A stretch of DNA of 63,995 bases, counting the filler, from Chiloscyllium plagiosum (lineage: Eukaryota), in the NCBI RefSeq assembly GCF_004010195.1. It is 7 parts of 2 records of this genome, joined end to end, with 100 filler letters (N's around TTAATTAATTAA, not from the genome) between each part and the next. Parts side by side here need not be neighbours in the genome. Positions count along the whole stretch, not along the records: positions 45,230 to 54,540 come from NC_057712.1; positions 54,641 to 62,507 come from NC_057712.1; 5 more parts are not named here. One strand, written 5' to 3'. The translations under genes and the position numbers were made by a program. Below are positions 49,556 to 62,061 of the stretch, one piece after another (positions within the stretch are counted from its first letter, which is position 1; every line of letters starts with the position of its first letter). The notes beneath the pieces are model-generated. The model was not told where the DNA came from. It saw only the letters and a list, made by a program, of their open reading frames with translations, and ran no database searches.

Positions 49556-50190
49556 TTTCTTGCACGGTATTTTGTAAATGACATTAGTTTTGCTTGTTGT
49601 CTGTATAGGGTCTTTCAAGTTCATTAGCTGCTGTTTTAGTGTGTTGGTGGGTTTGTGGGCTACCATGATGCCAAGGGGTCTGAGTAGTCTGGCAGTCATT
49701 TCCAAGCTGTCTTTGATGTAAGGGAGAGTGGCTAGGGTTTCTGGACATGTTTTGTCTGCTTGTTGGGGTTTGTTGCTGAGAAATTGACAAATTGTGTTCA
49801 TTGTAGCCACCAGGATACATGAACATCAACTAGCCACAAAATGACATGACCCACTCTCACTAGTATCCTCACATATGGATTATGAAGGAGACCACATCCA
49901 TCCTAGGACAAGCCAAACAGAGACACACATGAGAATTGCTAGAAGCATGGCATTCCAACCAGAACTCTATCAATAAACACATTGACTTGGATCCCATTTA
50001 CCACCCATTGAGAAAAAAAGGAAATCATAGGAAATGACATCACTAACCCAAGGAAACCTAAACACAGAAACAGAAAGTGGGCTATACCACCAGTGATTCA
50101 TCCAGAGGCTCACTGAAGATGTTATCTAGTATGGTGATGAAACATCTGAAAATGATCCTTCCAGCTCAGTGAGCAAACCTACATCCTGAA
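49556..50190. mobile_element. Penelope (Poseidon-type) 3' fragment with internal inversion and hammerhead-bearing tail
   Basis: Minus LPYIKD..VAHKPTNTLKQQLMNLKDP..NVIYKIPCK; plus ATRIHEHQLATK..RELLEAWHS and tail CTGAAGA..GAAAC at 50113-50146. Confidence 0.85.
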
Positions 50191-51251
50191 AGGTATTCTA
50201 GTGATGATAGGCCAGTCAGTTTCACAGGGTGAATAAGGTTTTTAAAACCACAATCAGGGAAGTATCAACCTGGCATAGTTTCAGTTAATTAATGAGATTT
50301 AATGAGGCATGGGTTAGGAAAAGGCACACAGTGCTGATTAATCTAATTGCTGTTTCTGATGTAGTAACAGGAAATGTTGATCAAGGAGATGTGGGTAGAT
50401 GTTATCAATACGAATTTTAAGAAACTGGTTGGTAAAGTTATTGCTGACATCACCCTTGCTTCACTTGAACATCTCTTCAAATCTGTTCCATTTTGTTCTT
50501 CTCGTTGGATTCTGAGAGAGCCACTCAGCCCCTGACCTCCAAACCCCGTTCCTAACACCGCTGTGGGTACCCCTACCAAAAGAGTACTTCAAAAAGGGAA
50601 CTCACCACCGGCTGGGGTAATTGGGGAGGGACAATAAATGTTGCCCTTGCCAGTATTGTCCACATCCTCAAATGGTGAAACTGTGGAACTCACAACCACA
50701 GAGTGGTGATGGTGAATGGTGTAGATGTATCTAACTGGTGGCAAAATATCAGATCAGAGTGAAGCAAATAACACGTGATGCTGACAGAGGAGGGACAGGA
50801 TAATTAACAGGTGGGGCTGAATAACTTCCATTTGTTCTCTATGTCTTATATAAGTGAACAGTAGAACCAGTTTGACAGGCTGAATAGCCTCCTCTCATTC
50901 CTGTGAAAATAAATGCACAGAGTGTAGCAATTTAGAGTTGGTGAGCTATTGGACCTGGGGACCCTGTGGGGATTTTAATAAAGGCACAGCCACTTCAGCT
51001 CAGGAGACAAAAACAATACTGCAGATGCTGGGATCGAAAGCAGGAAGCCGGAGAGGACAGCAAGCATCCAGATGCTGTCCAGCTTGTAGTGTACATCCAG
51101 CCTCATCTACTGGACAAGAAACAATGTACCAATATTGGAAAGTCACTGTTACAAAGGCAACTACAACGATACAATGTATTCAGCAGAGTCAGGGAGTGGA
51201 GCCCAGGAGTTCTTAATGCTCTCAGATACTTCAGCTACCAATTTGTGGGAA

Positions 51252-51459
51252 GTTAAAAATCACACAACACCAGGTTATGGTCCAACAGGTTTATTTGGAA
51301 GCACTAGCTTTCGGTGGTTGTGGAGAACACGATTATAAGACGCAGAATTTATAGCAAAAGTCTAGTATGATGTAACTGAAATTAAAAATATCTTGTTTGT
51401 TAAGTCTCTCATCTGTTAGAATGACCATGATAGTTTCACTTCTTTCATATATAAATCGT
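51252..51459 (-). mobile_element. Short Penelope-tail insertion with 12-bp TSD
   Basis: aatttgtgggaa at 51240-51251 and 51460-51471 flanks gttaaaaatcacacaacaccaggtta..., homologous to the tail at 52675-52840 and 10870-10958. Confidence 0.8.
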
Positions 51460-51899
51460 AATTTGTGGGAATGATTTCGGGAACAAAATGTGAGGAGCTG
51501 CAAATATAGCATCTAGCTATAGCGGAGGAGTTACATTATTCTGATATAGACCCAGGTCACGGGGCGGGCGGGGGAATTCCCGAAAGATGTGTCAGTAAAC
51601 TTTCTTGAGTAATATATTTCCAGTCCAATCTGGAAGGTGTCAGATATTATGTCTAAAGAGGGTGACTGCTTTGCTAAACTCTTCCACTCCAATCCCCTGG
51701 TTGCTTACCCCTTTACTCTGATTCTCATGTTTCAAATATTTAATTTAACAACTTCAGACCATGAGCTCGGTCCTCCATTTTGGTCTTTTCCTGCCATATG
51801 TCAGACTGGTCTCATTTTTTCACAGAGTTTATCTGCCATGAACACGATGGAGCCATCCTGTCTTTAATTACAGCTATTACCATCGGTTTGCCGCTTTGT

Positions 51900-52640
51900 T
51901 CCCCAAATTCTTTCCTTTCTGCCGTCCGTCAGGAGCAGCCTCTGCCCAGGATCTAGTCAGATCCTCCGGGAATCTCCAGGAATCACTTTGATAGATTCCA
52001 GGGAGAGCTATTCCCGTGGGAAATCTCCAGAGAACGCTTCAAGCCACCGAGAGAAACAGACTCCGATTTCATCCCGGGCCAGCGCCGGGATTGGGATTTG
52101 GAAAATAAACAAAGTCCCCGGGAGAAGGCGGACCAGCGCGAGCCGTTACCGGCCTGAGAGCGGGAGACGGCCCAGCCCCGGGGACAGACCCCCCCCCTCG
52201 ACCCCCGGGGACAGACCCCCCCGCACCCCCGGGCCCCGACCCTCCTCGACCCCCGGGGACAGACCCCCCCCGGACCCCCGGGGACAGACTCCCCACCCCC
52301 GGGGACAGACACTTCCCCCACCCCCGGGGACAGACACTTCCCCCACCCCCGGGGACAGACTCCCCCCCACCCCCGGGGACAGACTCCCCCCGCAGCCACT
52401 CACCGTCCGCCTCTGTCTCTGCCACAAAATGCAACCCGTCCCCAGAGCCGAGGTCGCGTCACTGGGGGGTGGGGGGTGTGGGGTAGGGTGTGGGGTGTGG
52501 GGTGGGGGGGGTTGCGGGGTCGGGGCGAGTGTGGAGCGCCGGCGGATTGAGCCGGATCCCCGGCAGCAGATATTAAAGCCTCAATCCCGAGGTGAGTGAG
52601 CACATCCTGGCCGCAGGGACATAGCTCGGTCTGCTGACAG
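51900..52640. promoter_or_regulatory. CpG island, probable promoter/first-exon region
   Basis: High GC and CpG density in non-transposon sequence; consensus donors gtgagt on minus (about 52402) and plus (about 52592), gtaacg on minus (about 52149). Confidence 0.6.
52176..52395. repeat. GC-rich about 25-bp minisatellite (ccccggggacagac-C-run), about 9 units
   Basis: Direct periodicity; source of the PGDR / VCPRG ORFs. Confidence 0.92.
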
Positions 52641-52674
52641 CATGAAGTGACTGGGGTGGAGCAAGTTAACAACC

Positions 52675-54540
52675 GCCCAACACCAGGTTATAGTCCAACA
52701 GGTTTACCAGGCGGCAGGAGCTTTTGGAGCGCTGCTCCTTCATCAGGTGATAGTGGAGAATAAGATCAGAAGACGCAGAATTTATAGCCAATGTGTACAG
52801 TGTGATGTAACTGAAATGATATGTTGGAAAAGACCTCGATTGTTTATTACGATTAGATTACAGTGTGGAAACAGGCCCTTCGGCCCAACAAGTCCACACC
52901 AACCCGCCCATACCCCTTACCTAACACTACGGGCAATTTCCCATGGCCAATTCACCTGACCTGCACATCTTTGTGACTGTGGGAGGAAACCCACACAGAC
53001 ACGGGGAGAATGTGTAAACTCCACACAGACAGCCGCCTGAGGGGGGAATTGAACCTGGGTCTCTGGCGCTGTGAGGCAGCAGTGCTAACAAATCTCTCAT
53101 CTTTTATAACGAACATGTTCGTTTCAGTTTTTTCATATGAAAATCAAAGATTTTTTTTCAAGTTACATTCTCAAGCGAACTTTAACAATAGGTACCATTT
53201 CAGCTCAGATAATGTATTGAAGGTGTGAGGCTAAAGTCTGTCTGTGTCCCAATGTTCAGACTGATACTATTCCTATAAAAGGGATTTACAGAATCTTATA
53301 AGGATTTCATGCAGTGTTTGAGCAAAATAAAGTGTAATTCTGCAAGTATAAATTCACCCTACATACGTGTGTGTGTAACGGGGTATAAGTCTGTGAGAGG
53401 GTGCATATGTGACTGAATGTGTGTATGTGTGAGCATATGAGAGAGGGTCTGCGTGAGTGTATGGGTCTGTAGGAGTGTGTGTGTGTGTCTGTGTAGTGCA
53501 GTGGGGTCACCTGCAGTGTGACATGAATCCAAGGTCCCGGTTGAGGTCATTCCCATAGGTACCAAACTTGGCTATCAGCTTCTGCTCAGCCACTCTGCAT
53601 TTTTGCTTGTCCTGAAGCCCGCCTTGGAGGATGGTCACCTGAAGGTCCGAGGCCGAATGTCTCTGAGAGGGGACATTCCTGCTCGGTGAGTGTTGTGCGG
53701 TGTCCAATCATCCGTTATCGTAGCGTCTGATCGGTCTCACCAACGTACCATGCCTCAGGGCATCCTTGCCTGCAGTATATGAGATAGACAACATTGACTG
53801 AGTCACATGAGCCCCTGCCGTGTACATGGTGGGTGGTGTCCCCGTGTGTAATGGTGTTACTCATGTCGATACTCTGACACGTCTTGTAGTGGCTGCTGTG
53901 GCAGGGTTGTACAGTGTTGTCCTGATGGCTGGGCAGTTTGCTACGAATCATGATCTGATTAAGGTTTGGTGGTTGTTTAAAGGTGAGAAGTGAAGGCGTG
54001 GAGAAGGTCTTGGCATGATGCTCATCCTCATCAATAATGTGTTGCAGGCTGTGAAGAACATGGCGTAGTCGTTCGGCTCCCGGGAAGTACTGGACAACGA
54101 AGGGTACACTGTCTGTCTGTTGCAGCCTGTGTGTCTGTCTCCTGAGAAAGTCATTACGGTTTCTCGCTGTGGCACATCGAAACTGGCGGTCGATGAGTTG
54201 AGCATTGTACCCTGTTCTAATGGGGGCATTTTTGAGCACTTTCAAGTATCCATTACATTCCTCCTCATCCAAACAGATCCTGTGTATGCGGAGGGCTTGT
54301 CCATGGGGGATGGCTGTTTTAATGTGTTTCGGGTGGAAGCTAGAAAAGTGTAGCAAGTAAGGTTATCCATAGGTTTGCGGTACAGTGAGGTGCTGAGTTG
54401 GCTATCCTTGCATAGTGATGCATATGTCCAAGAGAGAGACAGATACTAAAGAGTAGTCCACGGTAAGTCTGATGGTGGGATGAAACTCGTTGATATCACT
54501 GTGTAGTTGTTTCAGTGACTCCTCACCATGGGTCCAGAGG
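52675..54540 (-). mobile_element. Penelope-like (Neptune) element: RT C-terminus, GIY-YIG endonuclease and 3' tail
   Basis: ORF 53715..54356 LHFSSFHPKHIK..QALRIHRIC..NVVYLIYCRQGCPEAWYVGETDQTLR; GLNRD-like LNRDLGF; tail to 52675; interrupted by a SINE. Confidence 0.92.
52846..53090 (-). mobile_element. HE1-type SINE inserted in the Penelope tail
   Basis: gattagattacagtgtggaaacaggccc tail to ctggcgctgtgaggcagcagtgctaac head. Confidence 0.9.
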
Positions 54541-54640
54541 NNNNNNNNNNNNNNNNNNNNNNNNNNNNNNNNNNNNNNNNNNNNTTAATTAATTAANNNN
54601 NNNNNNNNNNNNNNNNNNNNNNNNNNNNNNNNNNNNNNNN

Positions 54641-54840
54641 ACGGGCAATTTAGCATGGCCAATTCACCTGACCTGCACATCTTTGGACTGTGGGAGGAAA
54701 CCGGAGCACCCGGAGGAAACCCACACAGACACGGGGAGAACGTGCAAACTCCACACAGTCAGTCGCCTGAGGCGGGAATTGAACCCGGGTCTCTGGCGCT
54801 GTGAGGCAGCAATGCTAACCACTGTGCTACTGTGCCACCC
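54641..54840 (-). mobile_element. Young HE1-type SINE (5' part), preceded on minus by a CR1 ORF2 fragment 54841-55032
   Basis: Near-consensus V-domain; adjoining YEGKLAKNIKEDSKSFFRYVK..IGPLK..KEMAEEL is CR1. Confidence 0.9.
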
Positions 54841-55143
54841 AATTCTTCTGCCATTTCTTTGTTCCCTGTAATGTCTTCCCCTGTTTCTGTCTTCAAGGGC
54901 CCAATTTTAGTCTTAACCATTTTTTTGCCTTTCACATACCTAAAAAAGCTTTTACTATCCTCCTTTATATTTTTGGCCAGTTTACCTTCGTACCTCATTT
55001 TTTCTCTGCGTATTTCCTTCTTAGTAATCCTATGGTGGAATGGTCTGGTCACATACTCCAGGCTCCAAAATGTAGGAAAGTCACTTTGAGACAAGATAGC
55101 AAAGAGGACATCTGGGAAACAGGTCAAGGAAAAGGAAACATAC

Positions 55144-55231
55144 CAGGAGACTCTCAAATTTCTTGGCCTCAGTGATGTGAATCCAATTGTCCTTCTCCAC
55201 CACCTTAATGTGCTTTACCTCGTCATTAAAC
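55144..55231 (-). CDS. VAV2: VAV2 exon, 88 nt, (R)[29 protein letters not shown] (SH2)
   Basis: Acceptor ctgtctcctcag, donor gtatgt; nearly identical to human VAV2 [29 protein letters not shown]. Confidence 0.96.
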
Positions 55232-56765
55232 CTGAGGAGACAGCATCATCAGACTGTCAAGTGGCGCAAAAACTAAATAATAAAATCACAAATAATATGA
55301 TAAATTTGACAAATGAGATTACACATTAGATTGAGGGGCACTGTAAATTACTTTTAAATCATCAGCCACAAATTAATCCATGATGCATGAATTAGTTAAG
55401 GGAAGGTTGTGTCTAATTTGATTCTATATTTTAAGGATGTGACAAGGAAGTTCATTGAGGGTAGTGTGCTTGGTGTATTCTACACGGTCTTTGGGAAGGT
55501 TTTCAACAAAGGCACCTGCACAGCGGACGGATCAGTCAGTTAAAAACTCACAGAATCTCAGGACAAGTATCAAATTGAATCTAAAATTGGCTCAGTGGCA
55601 GAAAACAAATTGATTGTACGAGAGGAGGCTGGCAGCAAACAAAAAGGAATCCATAAGTTGATGCCTTGAAAAATCCCTTCAAAAGCAGGATTTGACTTCC
55701 ATTCCAAATATCCAAGTGAAAGGCTGGTGTGAGTGTGAGTACTCACCATTTTGAAACATCATCAGCATTCTGCGTGTGTTTTAGACTCCCACATACCTTC
55801 ATAAGCAGCCCACATCACCCCATTGGTCCCTGGCAGTGGGGTGGAAGGTACCAGTAATAAAAAATGCATTTGTGGAATGAAAAACTGAGACTGAGACTAA
55901 CTTCTCAATCGAACAGTGCAACCTTGTGTGAGAAGGGGGATTAACTTGGATCCCCTGTACCTGCAAAATCATGACTTTTAGAACTGGAAAAGCAGGGTGG
56001 TCTTAAACAAACAGAGAGTTGACTGGTATGTCACAACTGACAGTAACGAGTATAGGGTAGTAAAAAGGAGGGCTGGGGCCAATTAGGTACCAAAAACATA
56101 CTGGGAGCAGAGCGCATTACTGAGACACTAAACTGAATGCCCTGGTAATACGTCTTTCTTGGTAGACATCAATGCAATGTCACGGTGAAAGAGGAGGTCA
56201 TCGAGACAGTGTGGATTAACAACTGGTGAAAGAGGAGGTACGAGAAAGGCTGGCTGTACGGAGGGCTTGTGAGTCACTCGGTCTGGATTAGACAGATCTG
56301 AGATTTTGAAAAAAAAGGTCAAGAAAGCTAGAACTCCAGGTCAAACAGTTTAAACTGGCTGGTGGGAAAACTTCTTAAAACAATAATCAGGAACAAAGCT
56401 AAGTCACTTAGACAAATGTAAATTAATTCAGGAAAGGCAGAACAATTTGTTACAGACAAAAGGTGTTCAATAAAATTGAGATTTTTAACAAGGCAACAGA
56501 GAGAGTTGATCAAGATAATGCAGGTTAATGTTGTGAATATGGAAGAGGGACAAGGATAAGGGATTGGCCAAGTGAAAGGAAACAGAGCACTCGTGAGTTA
56601 TTTTTTTTGAACTGGAGATAGGTTTAAAATAGAGTCCCCAGGATCAGCATTAGGACCCCTGCTTTTCCAGATGCATATTACTACCTTAGACTGAGCTACT
56701 CAGGGCAAAATTCCTAAATCATCAGATAACACTAAGTTTGGAAATCTTGTGAACTGTTAAAGCAT

Positions 56766-56972
56766 GTGAACTAACTCCACAGAGACCAGTACCCCATCAC
56801 CAAGTCACCCTTCATTTACACGTGGGAAGTCCTTGACCCTGGTACTGCCTCGTCAGAATCTCTGACGCGCCTTTGTCAGCCAAGGCTCCCTGATTGGACC
56901 AGATTAACAGCCCCAATCAGAGAACTCATATTCTATGAAGTTCACCAGGCTGCCCTCATTACAATCATTACA
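56766..56972 (-). mobile_element. Probable solo LTR interrupting an old CR1
   Basis: TG..CA ends, paired CCAAT/ATTGG boxes, decayed AATAAA (aaatgaag); CR1 sequence gtgaactgt..ggatagtagtagacttcagg resumes across it; no clean TSD. Confidence 0.45.
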
Positions 56973-58277
56973 GGATAGTAGTAGACTTCAGGAGGACATA
57001 GATAGGGCATGGAAGGGACAGATGAAATTTGATGTGCAGACGTGAAATATTCCAATTTGAAAGGAAATTGTAGGAAATTGCAATATAAAATAAAGGATAC
57101 ATTTTAAAAGGGGTGGAACAGCTTTGTGTGTGTTCAGGGGGCAGGGCTGGTTGAGAATATGGTTAATAAAGCATACAGGATCCTGGGGTTTGTAAACAGA
57201 GGCACAGAGTGTGGTGTAACCATTAATTCAGGGCACCTAATTTTAAGGTGGCTGGGAAGGCAGGTGAGAGGGCACAGAAAATATTCATAAAAATATTTCC
57301 AGGGATGAACAGCTTCAGCTACATGGATAGATTGGAGAAGCTAGGATTGTTGTCCAAGGAGCAGGTTGAGAGGAGAATTGATAGAGACATTCAAAATAAT
57401 TGAGGGACTGGACAGAGAGAATCTGCTCCCATTAGCAACAGGACAAAAACCAGAGAAAACAAATTGAAGGTGATTGACACAAGCAGCAAAGCTGACAGGA
57501 GGACAGCCTCTCCTACAGCGAGGTGGTTAGAATTTGGAACACCCTACCTGGGTGTGTGCTGGAGGAAGGTTCAGTCTTGGTGTGCTTAAGGGAAGTGGAC
57601 AGCTATCTAAAGGCTCCAAGAGTAAGCTATTCAGATAATGGCTGTTGCAGAGTCAGGAAGGACTCAAAGCTCCCCAAATGCTGAAACCATTCCATAATTC
57701 TAATTTTCCAAGGCTGTTGCCAAGAATGGAGAATTTTAAAGATAAAATAAAGATTGGATTTGGAACAGAAGGGATTGAAGGGTGATTGAGTGGAAATATA
57801 TACAATGCGGGACTGAAAAGAGAGGAGTGAAAGACCCCAACTTCAATAGGAGAAGGGTCAATAAGCAGGAGCTGAGACTGAAAGTAATTGGCAGAAGGAC
57901 TAGTGGAAAGTTGCAGAGACATCTTTTCCCTCACAACAAGAAAGGTTGAAGTCTGAAAAGGATAGCAGACACAGGAACATCCGTGATACTTAAAAACAAA
58001 AATATCTGGATGTGCTGTGAGGTGCTCTAACCAATAGGAATTACTGACCTAGGGCTAGAATTGAGATTGATACAGCTCAAACACAGATGTGATGGACTGA
58101 ATGGCCTCTAGTGCCTTCGAAAAATTCCTTGCTTCCACATTTCCCTGCATTACTAAGAGTAACTGAGCAATGAGGTGACACAGTTCACACAAAATTATGT
58201 TTTTTCCCAATAAGGTGACAAACCAGCTCGTATCCAGCCACTGGACTTTGGAAAAACACCATGTACTGGTCACCAAC

Positions 58278-58394
58278 CTAATACTAATGGCGAATCTTTC
58301 AGCCTCTGCTGTGCGCTCACGGATAAGGTACGTGCCAGAAATGTGAGTTTTTAGAAGGTTGTCAGCCTGACCACGCTCCAGGTTACCCGCAAAC
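58278..58394 (-). CDS. VAV2: VAV2 exon, 117 nt, (W)[38 protein letters not shown](R) (SH2 N-half)
   Basis: Acceptor tcttcttcctccgtag, donor gttggt, phase 2-2; matches human [40 protein letters not shown]. Confidence 0.96.
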
Positions 58395-58716
58395 CTACGG
58401 AGGAAGAAGATTAAACAAAAATAGGAAATGGTGAAAATCTGAAAACAAAATTCGCTCCGTGTGTTCAGCAGCATCTACACAGAGAGAGAAAAACAGAATG
58501 AATGCTTCAGGTCTGGAACTTTTCTTCAGAACTGAAACAACAGAAATGCTGGAGCTAATCTTGATTTGGAGACCTGGTGTTGTGTGATTTTTAACCTGGA
58601 GCTAATCTGACAGTCTCCTCCTTGTTAATCAGGCCCTATCCTGGGAGTGGTGAATAGGGACAGTGGAGAGAGAGCTTTACGCTGTATCTAACCCCATGCT
58701 GCCCCTGTCCACATCA

Positions 58717-59510
58717 AAGAGAACAAAGAACAAAAAACAAAGAAAATTTACAGCCCAGGAACAGGCCCTTTGGCCCTCCAAGCCTGACCCGATCCAAATG
58801 TACTGTCTAAACCTGTCGGTTAATTCCTAAGCATTTGTATCCCGCTGCTCCCCACCTACTCATGCATCTGTCCAGATGCATCTTAAATGAATCTACCGTG
58901 CCTGCCTCTCCCACCTCTGCTGGTAATGTGTTCCAGGCAACTACCATTTTCTGTGTGAAGTACTTGCCGTGTGTATCCCCCTTAAACCTTTCACCTTGAA
59001 AGCGTGACCTCTCGTTATTGAATCCTTCACCCTGGGAAAAAGCTTGTCTCTATCCACCCTGTCTATATCCTTTGTGATTTTGTCAACCTGAATCAGGTCC
59101 CCCCTCAATCTCCTTTTCTCGAACGAAAACAATCCTAACCTACTCAACCTCTCTTCATAGCTAGCACCTTCCATACCAGGCAACATCCTCATAAACCTTC
59201 TCTGCCCCCTCTCCAAAGCGTCCGCATCCTTTTGGTAATGTGGCGACCAGAACTGTACATAGTATTCTAAATGTGGCCGAACCAATGTCTTGTACAATTT
59301 TAACATGACTTGCCAGCTCTTATACTCAATACCCCGTCCGATGAAGGTAAGCATACCATATGCCTTCTTGACCACTCTATCCACCTGTGCAGCCACCTTC
59401 AGGGTACAATGGACCTGCACTCCCAGATCTCTCTACTCATCAACTCTTCCGTTCACAGTATAGTTTGCCCCAGAATGAGACTTTCCAAAATGCATCACCT
59501 CACACTTGTA
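58717..59510 (-). mobile_element. 5'-truncated CR1 with (TTCTTTG)n tail in VAV2 intron
   Basis: ORF 58941..59420; tail agaacaaagaacaaaaaacaaagaaaa; very similar to 2300-3027. Confidence 0.93.
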
Positions 59511-59820
59511 GAGTAGAGATACCTTTACTCTGTATCTAACCCCGCGCTGTCTGTGTGCTGGGAGTTTGATGGGGACAGTGTACACAGATAGTTACTCTGT
59601 ATCTAACCCCATGCTGTCTCTGTGCAAGGAGTGTTTGATGGGGACATGGTGGAAGGAATTAATTGTGTCCCTAAGTCTGCACGGGGAAGGGTGATGCACT
59701 GGAATGCGGAGCCCCAGACACAGGTTGAATCCCATCATGGCAGACAGAGAAATTCCAATTCAATAACAATGTTATTGATTGGTGACACAAACCACGGTCA
59801 ATGGGGCGGGGGGGGGAAAC

Positions 59821-60335
59821 CAGTGTAGAGGGAGCTTTACCCTGTATCTAACCCCGTGCTGTATAGTGTCTATAGTGTAGAGGGAGCTTTACCCTGTATC
59901 TAACCCCGTGCTGTATAGAGTCTATAGTGTAGAGGGAGCTTTACCCTGCATCTAAGCCCCTATCTGGGAATGTGTGATGGGGAACAGTGTAGAGAGCTTT
60001 ACCCTGTATCTAACCCCGTGCTGTATAGTGTCTATAGTGTAGAGGGAGCTTTACCCTGTATCTAACCCCCTGTCTGGGAATGTGTGATGGGGAACAGTGT
60101 AGTAGGAGCTTTACCCTGTACCTAACCCCGTGCTGTATAGTGTCTATAGTGTAGAGAGAGCTTTACCCTGTATCTAACCCCGTGCTGTATAGTGTCTATA
60201 GTGTAGAGGGAGCTTTACCCTGTATCTAACCCCCTGTCTGGGAATGTGTGATGGGGAACAGTGTAGAGGAAGCTTTACCCTGTATCTAACCCCGTGCTGT
60301 ATAGTGTCTGATGGAGACAGTGTAGAGGGAGCCTC
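59821..60335. repeat. Tandem repeat with alternating about 54- and 64-bp units (gtgtagagggagctttaccctgtatctaacccc core)
   Basis: Direct periodicity; dispersed units also at 58640-58712 and 59512-59650, split by the CR1 insertion. Confidence 0.92.
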
Positions 60336-60396
60336 ACCCTCATGTGAAACCCTGTAGGGGGTCAATGGTGAGATGCTTCCTCTGTCCAAGACTTAC

Positions 60397-60446
60397 CAAG
60401 GGTAGGTGCTATAGTCAGGTCCTTTTGAAGGTGGTTTAATAAAATG
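60397..60446 (-). CDS. VAV2: VAV2 exon, 50 nt, HFIKPPSKGPDYSTYP(W) (SH3-SH2 linker)
   Basis: Acceptor ctttccccttttag, donor gtaagt; TG joins G of next exon to give Trp; matches human PISRPPSREIDYTAYPW. Confidence 0.88.
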
Positions 60447-62061
60447 CTAAAAGGGGAAAGAAAAACATTATTTTGTTAGTGAGCGATTTCAACCAGAAAA
60501 CCTGAGATCAAAGCAGTTCATCCAAACAGGTACAAGCTCAGGAGAACAGAGGCTGATGGAACTAGGGCAGAAATCACACAGTCATTGTGAAGCATTCCAG
60601 AAACTAGCCACTCACCACTCAAAAAGCCTTTCCTTCATGTTGTAATTGTCTCTTTTGCTAATCACCTTAAATCTGTTCCCCATCATGCTTGATCCTGCCA
60701 CCACTGGGAATTCTGTCCAGTCCCTTCATGACTTTGGCTTCTATCAATTCTCCTCTCAACGTTCTATTCTCCAAGGACAACAATTCCAATTCCTCCAAAA
60801 CATTCCAGAGAGCTGACGTCCCTCGACCCTGGAATTATATTTGCGGACGTCTTCTGCAGTCTATTTTATGAAACCAATCCTTCTGAAAAGGGCAGTACCC
60901 AGAGCTGTATCCGCTCCTCCATCTGAAGTGAGCTCATGTCTTATAAAAGTTCAACAGTTTATCTCCTTAAACCTGGACTCACTGGCCCTATTTGAAAAGC
61001 TATGTGTGGGGTATATGCTTTACTAACTACAATCTCAATCCTGTCACCTTCAATGATTTGTGCAGAAATACACCTCGATCCTTCTGCTCTGTACCACACC
61101 TTTCATCAGCACTACCCCTTCTCATTCTTCCAACTAAAATGTGCCCCCCCCCCTCAACACGTCTCCACCAGTGAGGTTTGCCTGACGGGTCAGAACTTGC
61201 TGAGCTTATCCTTACACACTTTACAATAAAATCTTGGTGCATCTGATCCGGTCATGGTGGTTTTACTTTTACTACACCCCTTACAACTGGGCCTTTTACA
61301 CTATCCCTCCTGGTTCTTCAATTAAATACCAGCTTGCACTTGCACATACATTTCATAAACCTGTACGTCTTCCAGAAGTTTATCACTATCCTATTCACAA
61401 ATTTTTAAATGGTGCCCCTTAAATGGTCAGCAAACTGCATCAAAATAAGCAGGATTCCTCCTTGCAACCCCAATGGAACTCCACTGTAGACCCCTCTCCA
61501 GTCCAGGAAACAGCTAGTCATCACTGCTCGCTGGTTTATGTGGGACTGACTCTCTGACTCCAGGGCATAACCTGTTCTCAAGTCTGGGCTGGGGCAACTT
61601 ACCAAATGCCTTTTGAAAGTCCATATAGACCACAACAATCGCATCGTTCTCACTAACGCACTTTGTTATCTCTTCACAAAATTCAAACATGATTAGCCCT
61701 GAAAGAAAATATGCTGCCATTCCTGAATTGAACTATTTAAATTCAACTGACTTAATTTTGTCTCACGTTATTGGTTTCTAACAGTTTTCTGCCACCAAGT
61801 TTAAACTGACTGGCTTATCTTTATGTATTTTTTGTGAGTAAGTGATTCTCCAATGTATGACTGAGAACAACAGAATCCTTGACCACACTGACTGATCTTG
61901 ACAAGGTGTTACAGACCTGGCGAGACCCCCCTCAAAACATTTCAAGGAAGTAGCCCAAATCCTAACTTTGGTTTTAAGCAGGTGTTGTGTGGATATTTCA
62001 GGAGAGATACAGCTGGTCAAACCACTTAGTTTTAAGCAAAACAATTTATTTACAATTTTGT

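Noticed and set aside
51983..52672. Gly/Pro-rich ORFs on both strands
   Set aside because: Products of the GC-rich VNTR and CpG island composition.
55740..55860. Minus-strand donor-like sites (gtgagt, gtatgt) inside a VAV2 intron
   Set aside because: Flanking VAV2 exons already join in frame and match the vertebrate protein; no VAV-like peptide here.
58055..58474. 139-aa ORF as a single gene
   Set aside because: Only 58278-58394 is exonic VAV2; the rest is intron read-through.
61027..61242. GKPHWW peptide as the VAV2 N-terminal SH3 exon
   Set aside because: Remainder is CR1-derived and an LTR-like fragment; no GYFP motif or proper splice sites.
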